This document shows positions 1 to 13,564 of a DNA stretch of 64,000 nt, in pieces. Origin of the DNA: Gordius albopunctatus (taxonomy: Eukaryota); NCBI GenBank assembly GCA_964276515.1, contig OZ193909.1, positions 14,136,001-14,200,000 of the forward strand, written 5' to 3'. A model generated the notes under the pieces. The model worked only from the letters and a program-made list of their open reading frames with translations, did not search any database and was not told the DNA's origin. Position 1 is the stretch's first letter. Each line of letters starts with the position of its first letter. The position numbers were made by a program, and so were the translations under genes.

Positions 1-571
1 ACCTCAAGTATATGAAATACAAAATACTACTTTTTACGTTTAAACAGCCAAAAAGTTTAAAATTGTTTTTACATGCTTTTTAATGGAATAAAATTGTAAT
101 TAGGTAATAAATTGTTTAGTAGCCCTGTCCAATTTTTTTAAAATTTATTTTTGTAATTTAAAAACGGCACTCAAAAAGAAATATTATCTGTGACGATTGG
201 AGACGAACTTCCCGTAACTCTACCAGACATAATTATTTCACCAACTAAGAGCTCCCATAAATTAAGAAACGAACGATGCACAAGATTAACCATAGATTAT
301 AACACAATTTAGTAGGTTCTCTTAAATGGGATACACCATCTATGTCCATATGCCAGATTGACTAAATTAGAAAACAATTTCAACATTAAACACTTCTTCC
401 TATTAGGTTTTGATATGGAACCAACGGTAAAATATAAGATAATTTAAGCCTACAGCCAATTCAAAGAGTCCAATTATTTTTTTGCAATAGTTATGCGCCC
501 TGTGAGCAATTATTAAACTTTTAGTCACCTTCCTTATATTTTAAAAAGCTTGAAATGTGTGACACGCCTTA

Positions 572-930
572 GGACTTGTCTTAATATCGGATTTTAACGC
601 GCAGCAAAAATCGTCATACGTGTTTTAACATAGCCGTGTCTAAATATCCGATTTACATGAGATTTCGTTTTTAGACGCATAACATAACAGCGATTTTGTA
701 GGATGCAAGACTTTTCCTAGGTGTAAATGTTGTATGTTTTTAAATTTTAAGGTATCACTAAAGTTTAGATTTAATCTCAAGAGTTAAATAAACAAAAAAA
801 AACGTTTTTAACTATCAAAAAATAAAATACTTATAATTACAACCGAGTTTGACGCATAAAATTGAATCGGATATTTAGACAAAGTTAAATTCGCGCGATA
901 TGAATCTGAATCCGATATTAAGACAAGCCC
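572..930. mobile_element. PIF/Harbinger (Tourist-like) MITE
   Basis: TIRs ggacttgtcttaatatcggatt / aatccgatattaagacaagccc, a second internal inverted pair (tgtctaaatatccgatt / aatcggatatttagaca), and a TTA duplication at 569-571 and 931-933. Confidence 0.8.
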
Positions 931-1288
931 TTACCCAGTTAGACTTTGGCCTTTTTCAATCTAAAAATCCCTAATTAGCTTCAAACTTAAAACTAAGTAA
1001 TGCAAACATACCCGATATTTTTTTTCGAAATCACACCCACAGGCTGGTTGAAGTTTCTAACTGGTGTATGACGAGCTGTAAAAACAATTGAAACCGTAAT
1101 ATTATGAGTATTTAAATTTTTCTCTTTATATTTGAGTTAAAATGTGTACGAATTTTTATAAAACAGCAATAAATTTTGACCTCGATTTATTTTAATTTCT
1201 ATTCAATACTTATGAAGTTATTCGAAAATAATAAAAAAAAAATTACTCCTTTCCCGACAATTCTAACTATACTTAGGTACCAATTTTT

Positions 1289-4200
1289 CTAATTGTATTT
1301 TCCACAGACCTTAGGAAAGAAAAACAAATTTTTACCGGGAACTGAGGGTTCGTCTATAACTTTAACACAGTCAGAATCGGAATCAATTTCTGTGAGAGCA
1401 TCTAACACAATTTCCTCATTTTCGCTCGACGACGATAGCAAGGATATAAGTTCAGTTGGTTTGTTGAGCTTGAAATTACCCATTGAGGCAGGATAATTGC
1501 CTAAACATGCAATTGCATGAAAAATATAGTTAGATCGTTTTATCGCACATATTATATTCACGCTTATAATATATAAAAATATTTCGAGATGCTTCATGTA
1601 GTGAATATAAGAACTTTCATTTGTATATCATAATCTACTTATTTATATCGGCTTTATATGATTGCAATATTAGTTGTATATTTAAATATTGTGAACCCAA
1701 ACCGAACTGGTAAAGTCATGTGTTTTAGTTCTACTTTTTTCATCTTCAATTATTTATGTTCTGGCCCCTCTATATAATTTATTAATAAAGATATTATCCC
1801 CTTCTTACCCTACCTCATCATCACTCATTTCCAACTCATTACTATTGTTAGTATCATTTGAATAAGAGGGCATTATAAATTATTATATTATTAAATCTTA
1901 ATTTATAAATATTTAATAGTAAAGGAAATACAAAACTTAACAAGCTCCAAACATTTTCGTACAGACACGTTATAGTTGTCCATAAAACTCATAATATTTT
2001 ATGCAACAAAATTAGTGCTCAAACCGAAGGATTGGGATTGGTTATTATTATACGATGCTTCAACGTTGCCGGTAGCCTTTAATTGTGTAATGACAACTGA
2101 GTTGATTTGCTAAGAATATATGAATTCAAAAACACTATATATTTGTTATAAAAACATACAAGTATAAAGAAATTGTTTTTAATATGTCATTTTTGTCTTG
2201 AGTTTCGTATGAGTTAGATAGGCAACGGTGAGTCAAAGTCGCGCTAGACCCAAATAATTTTAATAAAAACACTGAGAGGTGTGCGGCTTAATAGTTGAAA
2301 ATAAAGGTAATTGCGCGATTAATATGTAACTTGACATATATAAATGCTATTTTCTTACTTAAATTCTGATTAAGCTTCTGCATCGCAGTGAATTTGGTAT
2401 TTTAATATTAATTCCAGAGGTAAAAAAGTTTCGGTAAATCATACATTTACATTAAATAAAGTGGCTTAAAATTGAATGCTTATTTACCTTTAATGAAACC
2501 CATTTCTCCACAATCTCTCAGCACAAAATTAACATTAGCTCTCGACAGCGTCTTTCACTCAATTCGGCTGGCAGGTTAATACCGAAACAATAATATTATA
2601 ATCAATAACATTTCTTAGATTCGGTAATTGAATGTCCTGCCTGACCTCTGATATATAATTTATGGACCTAACTTGCCCTGCTAGACTAATGAGTCGAGGG
2701 GCAGGGCCATGCAGCCTTCTAACATTCACATCATGTTTAATTTAGCACTTTAACCAAAAATGGATCAAATATAAAGTAACGTGCGACCATAGGTCCTACA
2801 AGCTAACACTTTGAATCGGGTCAGTTGCATGTTGCATGTATATATAACAACCTCATCGAAAGGGTTTTGAGTGCCAGGCATATCTTCATCATTGGAGCCA
2901 CTACTCTCCTTGAAACCATTCAGTCTGTGGTGCTTGTGGGAAGAAGTTTCGGTCTTATCAACCACAACGTTCGAAAGGCCTACATTGAAAAGCACATATT
3001 AAAGGTCAAAAGGTAACTTTATTTGTTACATTTTTGGACATCCCATTCTTATATTAAGGTTTTGCATGCCATATTATTGGGGAACACACTGTTGAAAGGC
3101 AAATAAATTTTCATTTACTTTAATTGCGCCTAATAGAACATAACATCCTCGCCTTTATTAACAGTAATTACATCGTTCTTCGTAGCCAGGGATATATAAG
3201 GCCAAATTAAACAAGACAACAGACTTCCCATAATTATACCCGCAAAGCAAGTATTAATTCCTAAAAGAATTCACAATCAAAGTTAAAAACACGATTAATG
3301 TGGTCAAATAATTTAAAACAAATATTGATGAGATTATAAATTATCCACAATCTTAATAAACATTAGTTATAATAACCAACAGACACGTACATTTATTGCC
3401 TTTCCTCGTCAATCCCAAATATATTTTTTTTAATAAAAATACTTTTCAGACCTTCCAACAAAAATATGTTAATCTCTGTTATTCATGATTTTTTTCTTAC
3501 ATACATGTTCATTATAATTAATAATTACGAAATAAATAATTGCAACTAGGTAGTATAAAAGTTTCAAACATTGAAATATTACTTCAATGGAACAGATTTC
3601 AAACAAGATTGATAATAATATCATGTATAAATTATCAAACCTTAAGTGATGCCGCAAAAACAAACAGGGTTTCTTTCAATCGACCAAAAATCGAAAACTA
3701 CATTGTTTTACAAAGGTGAAGAAATAGACTATCGTTATCATATTCGAGCCCCTCAGGCGTGTAGCCAGGATTTTCTCAAGGGGGAAGAAAAATTCAAAAA
3801 AATTTCGACACTTTTATTTATACAACGTAACACAAGTAAACTTCGCGTACAATACATGCGAAACTTCAAGGCGCTATATAACCAGCTTTGGAAAAATCTT
3901 CTCTCTTCATTAATCAGAGCATTTACTATCGATTTTATACCTTAAAAAAAGACATGGACCCTCAAAAAAATTTCAAATTTTGGTCAAGTGGGCAGAAAAT
4001 TGATCGTTAGGTAATGCTGCTAAGTGCAAAGCTAGAAAAAGCCTCGTTTCTAGCAACTCTAAACTACTAAAATGAGGGGGCTAACATGCTAACTTTGTTT
4101 GTGGAGTTGCTTCTTGAAAACGCGACTTTCCAAAGTTTTATGCCCAATGAATCGGTAAACGGTACAGGGCCGGGTTTGGCCCATCCTATAAACCCTAGCC

Positions 4201-7200
4201 AGGGCTTGTACGTCGTGACAAGGATTCCAGCTCGCGTCGAATATTATAACTCTGCTAGCCGCCGTTAAATTAATACCCAACGAACCGGCCCGGGTTGATA
4301 GTAGGAAGAGGTGATAGCCTTTCATTCTATGGTCATCAAGAAGCTCCATTCCAGATTCTTCTAGGCTAGTACAAGGCTTTTCACCTAAGGATGAGGTAAA
4401 TGACTAAAGAGCTTTCATTTAATTTTCTTAAATTAGTATAATGCGTGAAGGGGGAAAAGCAAAGCGCATTTCGAATTGCAAATATGTTACAGCATTAGCG
4501 CGCGATCTGAATTCATAAAACATTATATATGAGATACATTACATTACTCACCAATTTAATTTTTTCCCCATCACGCGAAAAATAGAAATACAAATTTATG
4601 TTTTTTTCGTTCGCTTTTTACCGCGGTCAATTTGAATCTTTTGCGCTCTCACTACGAACGCCTTTATTGCAAAGGAAATTCGTAATTTTTGCGCAAAATA
4701 AACCGTAATTCGCGTTGCATAGCCACATTTCATAGAGGAGATCGCAAGAATTAAAATTGTTTCGGAGTAGGTCAAATTTGTAATTCAGATAATTAATATA
4801 GAGGACTGCATACATCTATGCGAAACAATTCCTTTAAACTTTGAAGTAACATTCATCTATGGTCGGCAGATTAATGACTAATCAAATCAAATCAGAAATT
4901 AAGCATGGAAGAAATCCCAAATAAACCCCAACCGCCTTAAGTAATTTATCAATATCAAGTTTAAGGTAGTGCAGCGAATTCTCTGATTCGATTAGTTGCA
5001 AAACTTGATTAGACCATGTTTGTATGATGCGTTGATTTTAAGAAATTTAATAAATATTGCTCTTTTTTTAGTTATTTGAAAATTTAGTAAGAAATTAAGC
5101 GAAATCGATAATTCAAATATTTGGACAACAGTAAGTGATACTAAATCCGATCTAAATGGGTCGCATTATATTAATTACCAGGGCTAGGTGGGTCTGGGCG
5201 AAGAGGGGAGAGACAGAGGGTTTCGTCTGAAGATATTACATTGTCGGTGGAGGCATCGGAATCTGACGAAATGAGACGATGTTTTTTCCGTTTGCCCCCG
5301 GGTGAAAGGGGCTAATAAATATCATCAGTATTAAAAATTATTTATTTATTTAAATGAGGTTTTATAATTCATAATATAAAACTATTTAAATAAGAAAAAC
5401 GATTTTAAATTGCTACAATATCCTCCTCAATGCTCAATCTAAAGTTATCTTTTCAGTTTTAAGAAACTGCATGAAAAAAGGTAAAATTTCAACAAATATT
5501 AATTGATAGATAATTGTAACAAAACGAAAAATGCCGGGGTAGGTAATGCTATTGATGTGTGTCAAAGAGCAAAATACCTTAAATGGATCGATTCCACAAT
5601 TTTCATCTGCTTTTATGGAATTGACGTCTAAGAGATCTATTTCGCTTGTGTCAAGGGAATCAGGGTTCAGGGAAGGTTTAGAGACCCTTTCCTACGATAA
5701 TTTACAAAATAGTTTAAATGACGTTTTTATTATATATTCTAAAACTTTTAAAAGAAATACAATAAATAACCTCCACGTCTCGATTTAAATCATTCGGACT
5801 TTTCTTTTTGGCATTGAATAGGCGAATAGATGATTCTCGGTCGCTGTAGGGCGTACTACCGTCCAATCTGAAATAGTTCACGTCCTTAACCATTTTAAGT
5901 TTCTTGACACAGTGACCGTCTAAAGGCATTATAATAAAAAAATCAATATTTTAGTAACAAGGGTGTCCAAATAAAGTCTATATTCCACACCGACATATTT
6001 TTCAAAGCAAAATAAAATTTGCCCATGAAACAAAATTGGCTGAACTAAATTGTAGTGCATCATGACATGATACAATTTTTTTAATTTTTTCATCTACAAC
6101 GCCCTGCTAAAATTAAAATTGCAATGCATTACATAACATTAAGAAGAGCTTAAAATTTGAAAAATCTTATGTTAAAGTGAAAAGAGCTTCGTACGGAAGG
6201 ATACAACTAAAATCCCACCTGGTAAAACATAAATAAATTACCAATCATTTTAACCAATCAATTCATGTTTGCCATTACATTAACCTTTAGTCATAGTAAG
6301 TAAATAATACTAGTTTGGCCAGACGTTTCGTTCGAAGATAAGACGGGTGCCGATTTGATGTTCAATTCGGTGCGAGCCAGCACCTTTTCCAAATAATCCA
6401 GCGTTAAGACGCTTTGAGAAAAGAGCAATAACTTTTCACCCCTGGCCACGGTTTCTTCTAGAATGCGCAAGAATAATTCAACCTTTCCGCTCTGTCCTTG
6501 CCCAAAACCTGCAGCATCTTTGATCGACTTGCATTCTAGACGTTAAAGTACAATAGGTAGGAGGCATGGCATATATTTCTTACTTTGCGGCTTTTAAAAA
6601 TAATAAGATTTTACGACCAGAATTGTGCGATATTGTTAAACGCGATTGTAAGATAGGGATGTTTTATTACTCAACACCTGATTGTAAGGTTATATTAATT
6701 TATCTTTCCTCGCAATCCAAGCACCCCAAAAGTCAAGTTACCCATATAAGTTACTCGTAATAAAAAACCAAATCAGAAACAATTCGCTAAAATTTGTTGG
6801 AAACGTATAATTCTTGCAGCAGCAAAAATTTAGGAATTTGAGTAAAATTGAGTTTTTGTCAGCGATTTAAAATATTTACCTTTAGCCATGGCAGGATACA
6901 TTTCCGATATTTGTGGGTGGTTCAATATTTTTAGAGCGGCCGCGAAAAAAGCTAAATGACCGGCGGAGTTACGTTTGATGTGCGAGCCTGGGCCCAGTAA
7001 ATCGTTCAAGTCGATCCCTAATAATTAGCGTCAAAAATTAAATAACTGAATCAACTTGAAGCGCGTTAATTTAAAGTCATGCTTCCACTTGTTTTGTATC
7101 TCGCTCGCCTCTGCAGGGATGACTAACATACTAGCGAATTCCAAACCTCTCTCACTCTACTAACTAATATACTACATTTACGATTCTTTCACATTTTTCA

Positions 7201-10200
7201 ATGATTAAGCGTTACAGTCTTCACAAAAGGTTTATTTTGCGATATAATTGACGTTGGAAGTCAAACCAAATAATGATGGTAAATTTAGAGTATGATTAAA
7301 TTTTCAAAATTTTGCCAAATACACGTTGTTATAATCTCTAAAAAACCATGGCTAAGACCTTACCCTTAGTTACTTATTGTTGTCAAAATAAACTCCAGCC
7401 AAAATCGCCATTCAACCGCTCACCAAAACGCGTATTAATATCACCGATGATTGTTAAAGTGAATTATAGGTTTTAACTACTATGCCAAACGTCATCTGGA
7501 ATTGCATAAAGTCATATTGTGTTTTAAATTTCAAGCGTATTCATGCGCATAGGCATAGGGTATGAAAAAGGGATTAAACCAGATGAATCTTTCAGCTGGC
7601 GAGCTCTAGTTTTCAGCCGTCTGTACATGATTCTCTGGGCAGAGCTCAGTTTAACGCTCAATATGTATTCGCGTTTGGGTGGCAAACTTTGGGCTAGCAG
7701 AGTGGCATCCCTCCTTTGTACAACACCCTCCAACAGGGTATGTAAGACGTGCGATTTTATGCGGCTCACGCGGGCTTCTAAGGCCGTAGACTTCAGTTTT
7801 TGCCCTTGTGTGATGGGCCGTTCGAAGCTAGCTTTGAAATCGGAGAGGGAGCCCAAAAAACCCGGTCTCACGAAATCTATCATAGACCTATAGTAGAGGT
7901 GTTGTTGGTAAGGAGTTGTAAAATTTAAAGTCATGATAACGGAATTTTATGCAACGCTGTCTATTCAATTTAAACTGCTCTGCAATTTATGGGCTCGCTT
8001 TTGGTTGTTTATTAAATTTTTAAATAATTGCCGTGGAAACTTATATTGTCTATATCATACATTAAGGATTAAAAATTTCGGTTAGTATTCATAGTTTTTC
8101 CATTATCTAAAATCAATTCAAAGGAGGAGTAGCTAAGTTTTGATTCACTAGCATAAGATAGATAAGGTTAAATAAATCGGTGCTATGTAAACTAATAGAT
8201 GAGAGTCTCAACATACGACGACCTATAAGGTGTAGTATACAAGGACTTGTGCCGCAATTGAAAAATCGATAATAAATTTGCGGATTAAAAAATGTAAAAA
8301 TAACTTGACACCTATTAAGACCTGCACTCTAAAATTTGGCACGTTATACCATGTTACTCTCATTATAATATAATATCTGTAGGAAATTTTAAATAATAGC
8401 TTCAACTATGTCAACACCAGTCTTTTAAAATATTTTTCAGAACTAACGATATCAAACCATATTAATAGGTAGGGGAATGACAAAAAGTTAATAATATTGA
8501 GATCCATCACAACTTCTAACGTCAAAAATATCTAGTTGCCTACACTATACTCTTTAGTTTTCCCCAAAAAATAAAAATTCGCTGAAATTTAGGGCAAGAC
8601 ATATAATTATGTCAAAGGCATATTTAACCAATATTCGATGAGATTGTTTTGCAGTGGGTAGCCAGTGAGGACCACCCTCCTCAGAGTTTTAATCTTCTTC
8701 AACACTTTGCTCAGGCTGGCGTATTGACTCTTTATCCTGTGCCCTTCGTCGCATATAATCAAGTCGGGACCGGGATCGATTAGGCAATTCCAAAACTCTA
8801 CCAGTCAAAAATTTAACTTTAAAAATGATAATTTCAAAAGTATGTTCTTTGCAAATATTATAATTGAATTTTTCTACTTGAAATAAGAGGTTATTGAACA
8901 TACACAAAGAACTTATAAATAATTGAGCCTGAAATATTATCAGGGTGTCAATAACATAAAAGTAGTGGTGGCAAATTTCGAAGAGACTCCAATTAAACAT
9001 ATTCTTGTATATTTTAACGGTAGAAGCTTTGATTTGATTAGGTTAGCAAAAAATTAGTTAAAGTTAAACAATTTAAATAAAAACATATTATTTTAGATAG
9101 GAGATGAATTAAAAATTTTATAATCAATAAAGTCACATTCAAATATAATGCTCAAAGGCTCAGAAAAGGGTAAAATTTAGGGTGCAACTACCTAATATTT
9201 TTTATTGTCACTTAAGTCAAATAATTATTTATCCTTATAATTAAGTCAAAATTGCATAGCAATTAATATATATGTCTTTATATCAGTAATTGTTAATAAA
9301 GCTCGAGATAAAAATCGATGAAAACAGTATTAAAGTGTAATAATCCCAAATCAAATGCCAAAATTGTTCAAATGTTCCAACAAATGAACCTGAAGCTATT
9401 TAACATTTTCAGCTTTCGGTTATGATTCTAACTAAAACTAATATAATTTTTTGGGGAAGTACTAAAAAATAGAGCCGATATTCAACGATGAACCTGATTT
9501 AGGCTGCGGTTCGCCACGATCTATTTCGTGCTTATCGTAGCCATCTTTAAATCTTTTAGCGTTGTGGCTGGAGGAGATTTGAGAATTTTTACGCGTGACT
9601 AAAGATCGAAATAGTTCATAACCCATTATGAGAACCCCTCCTTTGCCTTTCCAAGTACCTGTCATAAACATACAAACATACTTTTGGTGAGCTTAAACAT
9701 AGGGAGACCAAAGGTTTTTTGGTCTCTATTTTTCTTAGTATACCACTAGGCTCAGTCGAAATTTAAGGTCTACCAAACTAAACCCCCCAGCCCCGTTTTT
9801 ACCACACTCTGGTGTAGTGGGTAGAGGTTTAGTCTTTGAAGCAAGAGCTCGCAGGTTCAATCCCGCCTCTGGCACTTATTTCAAAAAAAATATATTAAAA
9901 ATCACATCGTCAGCACGCTTGTCAGGCCTGGATAGCCGAGCATCACCCCTTATCCAAATTTTGTTTTCAAGATGTACGAGATAATTGTGCAAGACTGGTG
10001 AACAGCCAATAAAAATTGTAAATATATACTGGCAAACTGCAATTCATTTTGTTTGGTGATTAAATGTTATTTTAGGGATGGAAAGAGATATTCCTTTAAT
10101 GTCCGCGTTATTTTCACTAGACAAGTGCGCATAATGAAAAACCCACACAAAATGGCGGTCTAAATTGCTTAATAAATTTTTATAATCATCTTCTCGCATG

Positions 10201-11652
10201 GGCGTAGCCAGGTTTTGGATTAGGGTGGAGGCCAAAACTTTTAAGTTAAATTAGGAGAGGGGGGACATGAATCTTTTAACTTTTAAGGGTTTTTGTATTG
10301 AACCCGGCTACGCCCATGTCTGCTCGTCAGCCCATTGCATTACTAGTCGTATGATGATTTTTAATACAAATAACGCATAAGCCAGTTGGGTTTGGTTTGG
10401 CTTAAATATTTCAAAAAAATATATGTTATCTGTCCAAAACAAATCAATTTAATTTGTTTTGCACAATCAATTTTAATGGGGTGTGGCGATATGTTTTATT
10501 ATGGGTCAAGTTGTGGATAGGAATTAATTGAATAAACTATTAAACTTAGGGATTCTTAGCCTAAATTATCAATTATAAACAATATCATTATAATTTAGAG
10601 GAGCAATGAAAATTTTTGTCCACTGTTTAGTAAGTCGCAATATATCTAATATATATATAACTGCAATAATTAGCAATTATTTGCATAAATAATTCTTAAA
10701 ATCTCATTAAAAATCTGCCATTTAAATAAAAAATTTGGAATATTTTTGATTCTCTAAATTGAAATAAAATACCAAGTATTTGAAGTTTGGAATTTGTAGT
10801 TTTATGTTCACTATCAATTAAGTAAAGCACTTTAATCTTTTCCTTGGTGGCATTATTATTATCAGCAATAAAAGTAGTTTGTCTATTTGGGGATAATAAC
10901 CAATTATCAAATTCTTTTAGCCAATTTGGTATTGTACTCGTAGGTGCCAAGCAAAGTATGCTTTTTCCAGATGTGTGGTTCAAAAAAATATCTGAAAAGG
11001 TGATTGCCTGAAAAATAATATCAAATTCATATTTTAGAAATAAAAATATAAAGCTCAATACACTACTCAAGCCTTTTATTTTACTCTTGTAATACATAGT
11101 AAATATTTTAATTTTATTATATATTAAAAGTATATTAAATATAAAAAAGGTTAAATACATGCAAGATCCCCAATAAGCAGGGTATTGAATAAATTTAAAT
11201 TATATAATACCTGTAGAGTTTTTCCTAAGCCCATACAATGAGCTATTAAACAGCCTTGACCATTTTTTAAATTGAAATCATGTATTGAATTGATACAATT
11301 ATGATACATAAAACGAATTCCACTGATCTATTTTTAAATAAATGTATATCTTTATAATGTTATGAGCATATCCAATTACCTGGTGAGGTTTAAGGATTGA
11401 TATAATATCGGAATTAAAAAATATGTCAGGATCCTTTTTCGAATGCCTAACATTAAGTAATATTTTATTATCAATATAAAATTCTGTGCAATCAATCTTG
11501 ACCGCTTCCGAATATTCTTTCAAATCCAATATCATGATATCATCAGGAGTATATTTTTCGTTGATTTTTTCTATTTTATTTGGATTGGAGAGTACTAAAC
11601 AACTACGGTCGTTTTCACTATCGCTTGAAGAAATCGTAATTTCTTCAAACAT
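1289..11652 (-). CDS. RAD54L2: Helicase ARIP4 / RAD54-like 2 (SNF2 family, ATRX-related), multi-exon
   Basis: Phase-consistent exons 11652-11380, 11327-11211, 11007-10773, 9658-9463, 8797-8629, 7887-7580, 7017-6880, 6535-~6311, ~5920-5771, 5691-5578, 5311-5179, 4384-4094, 2979-~2851. They give [28 protein letters not shown] (Walker A), [15 protein letters not shown] (Walker B), [27 protein letters not shown] and [45 protein letters not shown], typical of ARIP4. 3' exons below ~2850 and the stop position are uncertain. Confidence 0.9.
1615..1800 (+). repeat. Dispersed repeat family R (diverged copy)
   Basis: tattgtgaacccaaaccgaactggtaa...ggcccc...aataaa resembles 17274-17455 and the reverse complement of 48335-48528. 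Confidence 0.45.
3754..4001 (+). mobile_element. hAT-type MITE, 3'-truncated copy of the 22002-22285 element
   Basis: Starts caggcgtgtagccaggattttctcaagggggaag and aligns nearly base for base with 22002-22250. Confidence 0.8.
9803..9960 (+). mobile_element. tRNA-derived SINE (tRNA-Gln(UUG)-like head)
   Basis: A box tggtgtagtgg, anticodon-loop-like ctttgaa and B box ggttcaatccc, followed by a non-tRNA body that is also present in the reverse-strand copy at 52372-52972. Confidence 0.75.
10197..10318. mobile_element. hAT-type MITE
   Basis: TIRs catgggcgtagcc / ggctacgcccatg; 8-bp TSD tcttctcg / tctgctcg. Confidence 0.8.
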
Positions 11653-13564
11653 TTAAAATTTCAATACGGCGCTAATAAATTACATAGGCTATATTGGTAC
11701 TTTAAATATATAATGTTTAATAATATAAATGGCGAATTTATGGTATAGTTCAAATTCAATGCTGCCATTCTTATAATTTAGGAATTTATTGTGACCGGAA
11801 AACTTGATTACTGAATTTAAACATGTTTATATACCTTAACCTTAACTTTAATTCGAATTTTAAATAAAAACATTACTAAAGTTGACAATTAAAAAGTGGG
11901 ATAACAAGCAAAGACAAGTTACAAATTGACGACGATATCTAGGCAAGAATGTATGTGATCCAGCTTTTGTCTAGCCTGGCCTAGATTTTTTAATTTAGCC
12001 TAGAATCCGTGCAGGCTGGGTCCTACTCATTTGCCCAGGGTATTATTGATAACAAACATAGAGTGTAGCTGATTTCAGCCTTTGATAAATTAAGAATATA
12101 AATTTTTTCGCGTCATTAAGCGCATGTCTTTGACTACCCTTATTTGATACAATTTTTTTGATCTCGAATCATTATAATTATACTTTACAATAGCTTTATT
12201 TAGCTCAATATTTCAACAAACCCTCCTACTTTCTTATTTTGATCTTTGTAAATATACACTTATAAATAGTTTGCTTCCACCAAATATTCTAATTTAGTTT
12301 TAAAAATTTAAGAATGCAAAATTTTGTTCTTATTGATATTTTTCCACAATTATTATAAATAATAAAATAGCATAAAAAATGATGAATATTTTATATTAAT
12401 AAAAATATGAATTTAAAACTTTGTTTTTTTAGCTTAATAGCCATTTTAATTTTGCGGAAAATATGCTATAAGTCTCTTTCAGCCTTCCTCTCGCTTGTTG
12501 ACAAGTGATGCGGAAAATCCAAGATAAATCTCGGTCTCGTCTCATTCTCGACTCGTCTTGATTCAAAAAATCGATACGATAGGAGACGAGATTTCGAAAA
12601 ACTTACCTGAGATCGAAACGAGAATTTTAATGTTGAGACGAGACGATACGAGATTTTTTCGACGAGATCACGGCTTAAATTATTTTATTGATCATAAAAT
12701 TTTATTAAATTTTACGAATTTTAATTTTGTATGATTCACATTTAAGGTATTGAATCTAAATCAATATTAATAAAATATATTTAATTAATATTAAAAAACC
12801 CCAGGTATAATAAATACAATATATTTTTACGATAAATTCAAATTTTGGATAATTTTATCTAAGTATGAGTGGTCCTTAAGGTATATGAATAATTTAATAT
12901 ATATTTATCATATATTTGTATCGATAACATAAACTAAAGCATTTATAATTTCGCAATTCCTTATCCTACCTGATGTAGTAATATTAAACTGGTGGTTAAT
13001 TCATTTGGATAATTATCCAAATTAAGCTGAGGTGTTTATAATTTTTTAAGCACCCTAGCGCATCTATGCCTACCAAACAATTATCTTAAAAATATATTTG
13101 AGCAATTGATGACACCCTAATATATAAAATCATATATTTCCTAGATATTTTTAGGCTTTACCTCATAATATTCCTCCTAAATTAGAAGACACTATGTTAT
13201 TACATTGTTTTTTTATAACATTACCTTCCACATTAAACACTGGGGTTGAGAGGAGCATTCAAATTTTCTATAATTTCTATAAATGTAGCAATTGTAGAAT
13301 ATAAATACACGAACTTCTACTGTATTAGAAATAACTATTTAATTGCAAAGTCAGTTAGGAAGAAGATAATTTTTTGAAATAAAGATAGGGCCTTAATATT
13401 ACGATACTAGTGATTATTAAATGATATTTTTTACAAAACAATATACGCGGAAATCCTTATGATCTCATTTCAACAATATTGCAACTTTTATTGTTGTTTT
13501 TACAACGTTCTAATATGTGCAAATAATTATTAAATTTTATAAATAATATTCTGGTTATTAAAAG

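Noticed and set aside
170..450. Possible exon(s) at the window start
   Set aside because: Short open frames on both strands with no recognisable motif or consistent splice phases.
3646..3945. 99-aa plus-strand ORF
   Set aside because: Runs through a MITE that recurs at 22002; no coding signal.
7543..7893. Plus-strand ORFs opposite coding regions (also 4086, 5546, 47082-48322, 56478, 58265)
   Set aside because: Antisense shadows of real exons or TE ORFs with no independent motif.
9803..9875. Genuine tRNA-Gln gene
   Set aside because: The acceptor stem does not pair, and the head is followed by a body shared with a second dispersed copy, which indicates a SINE.
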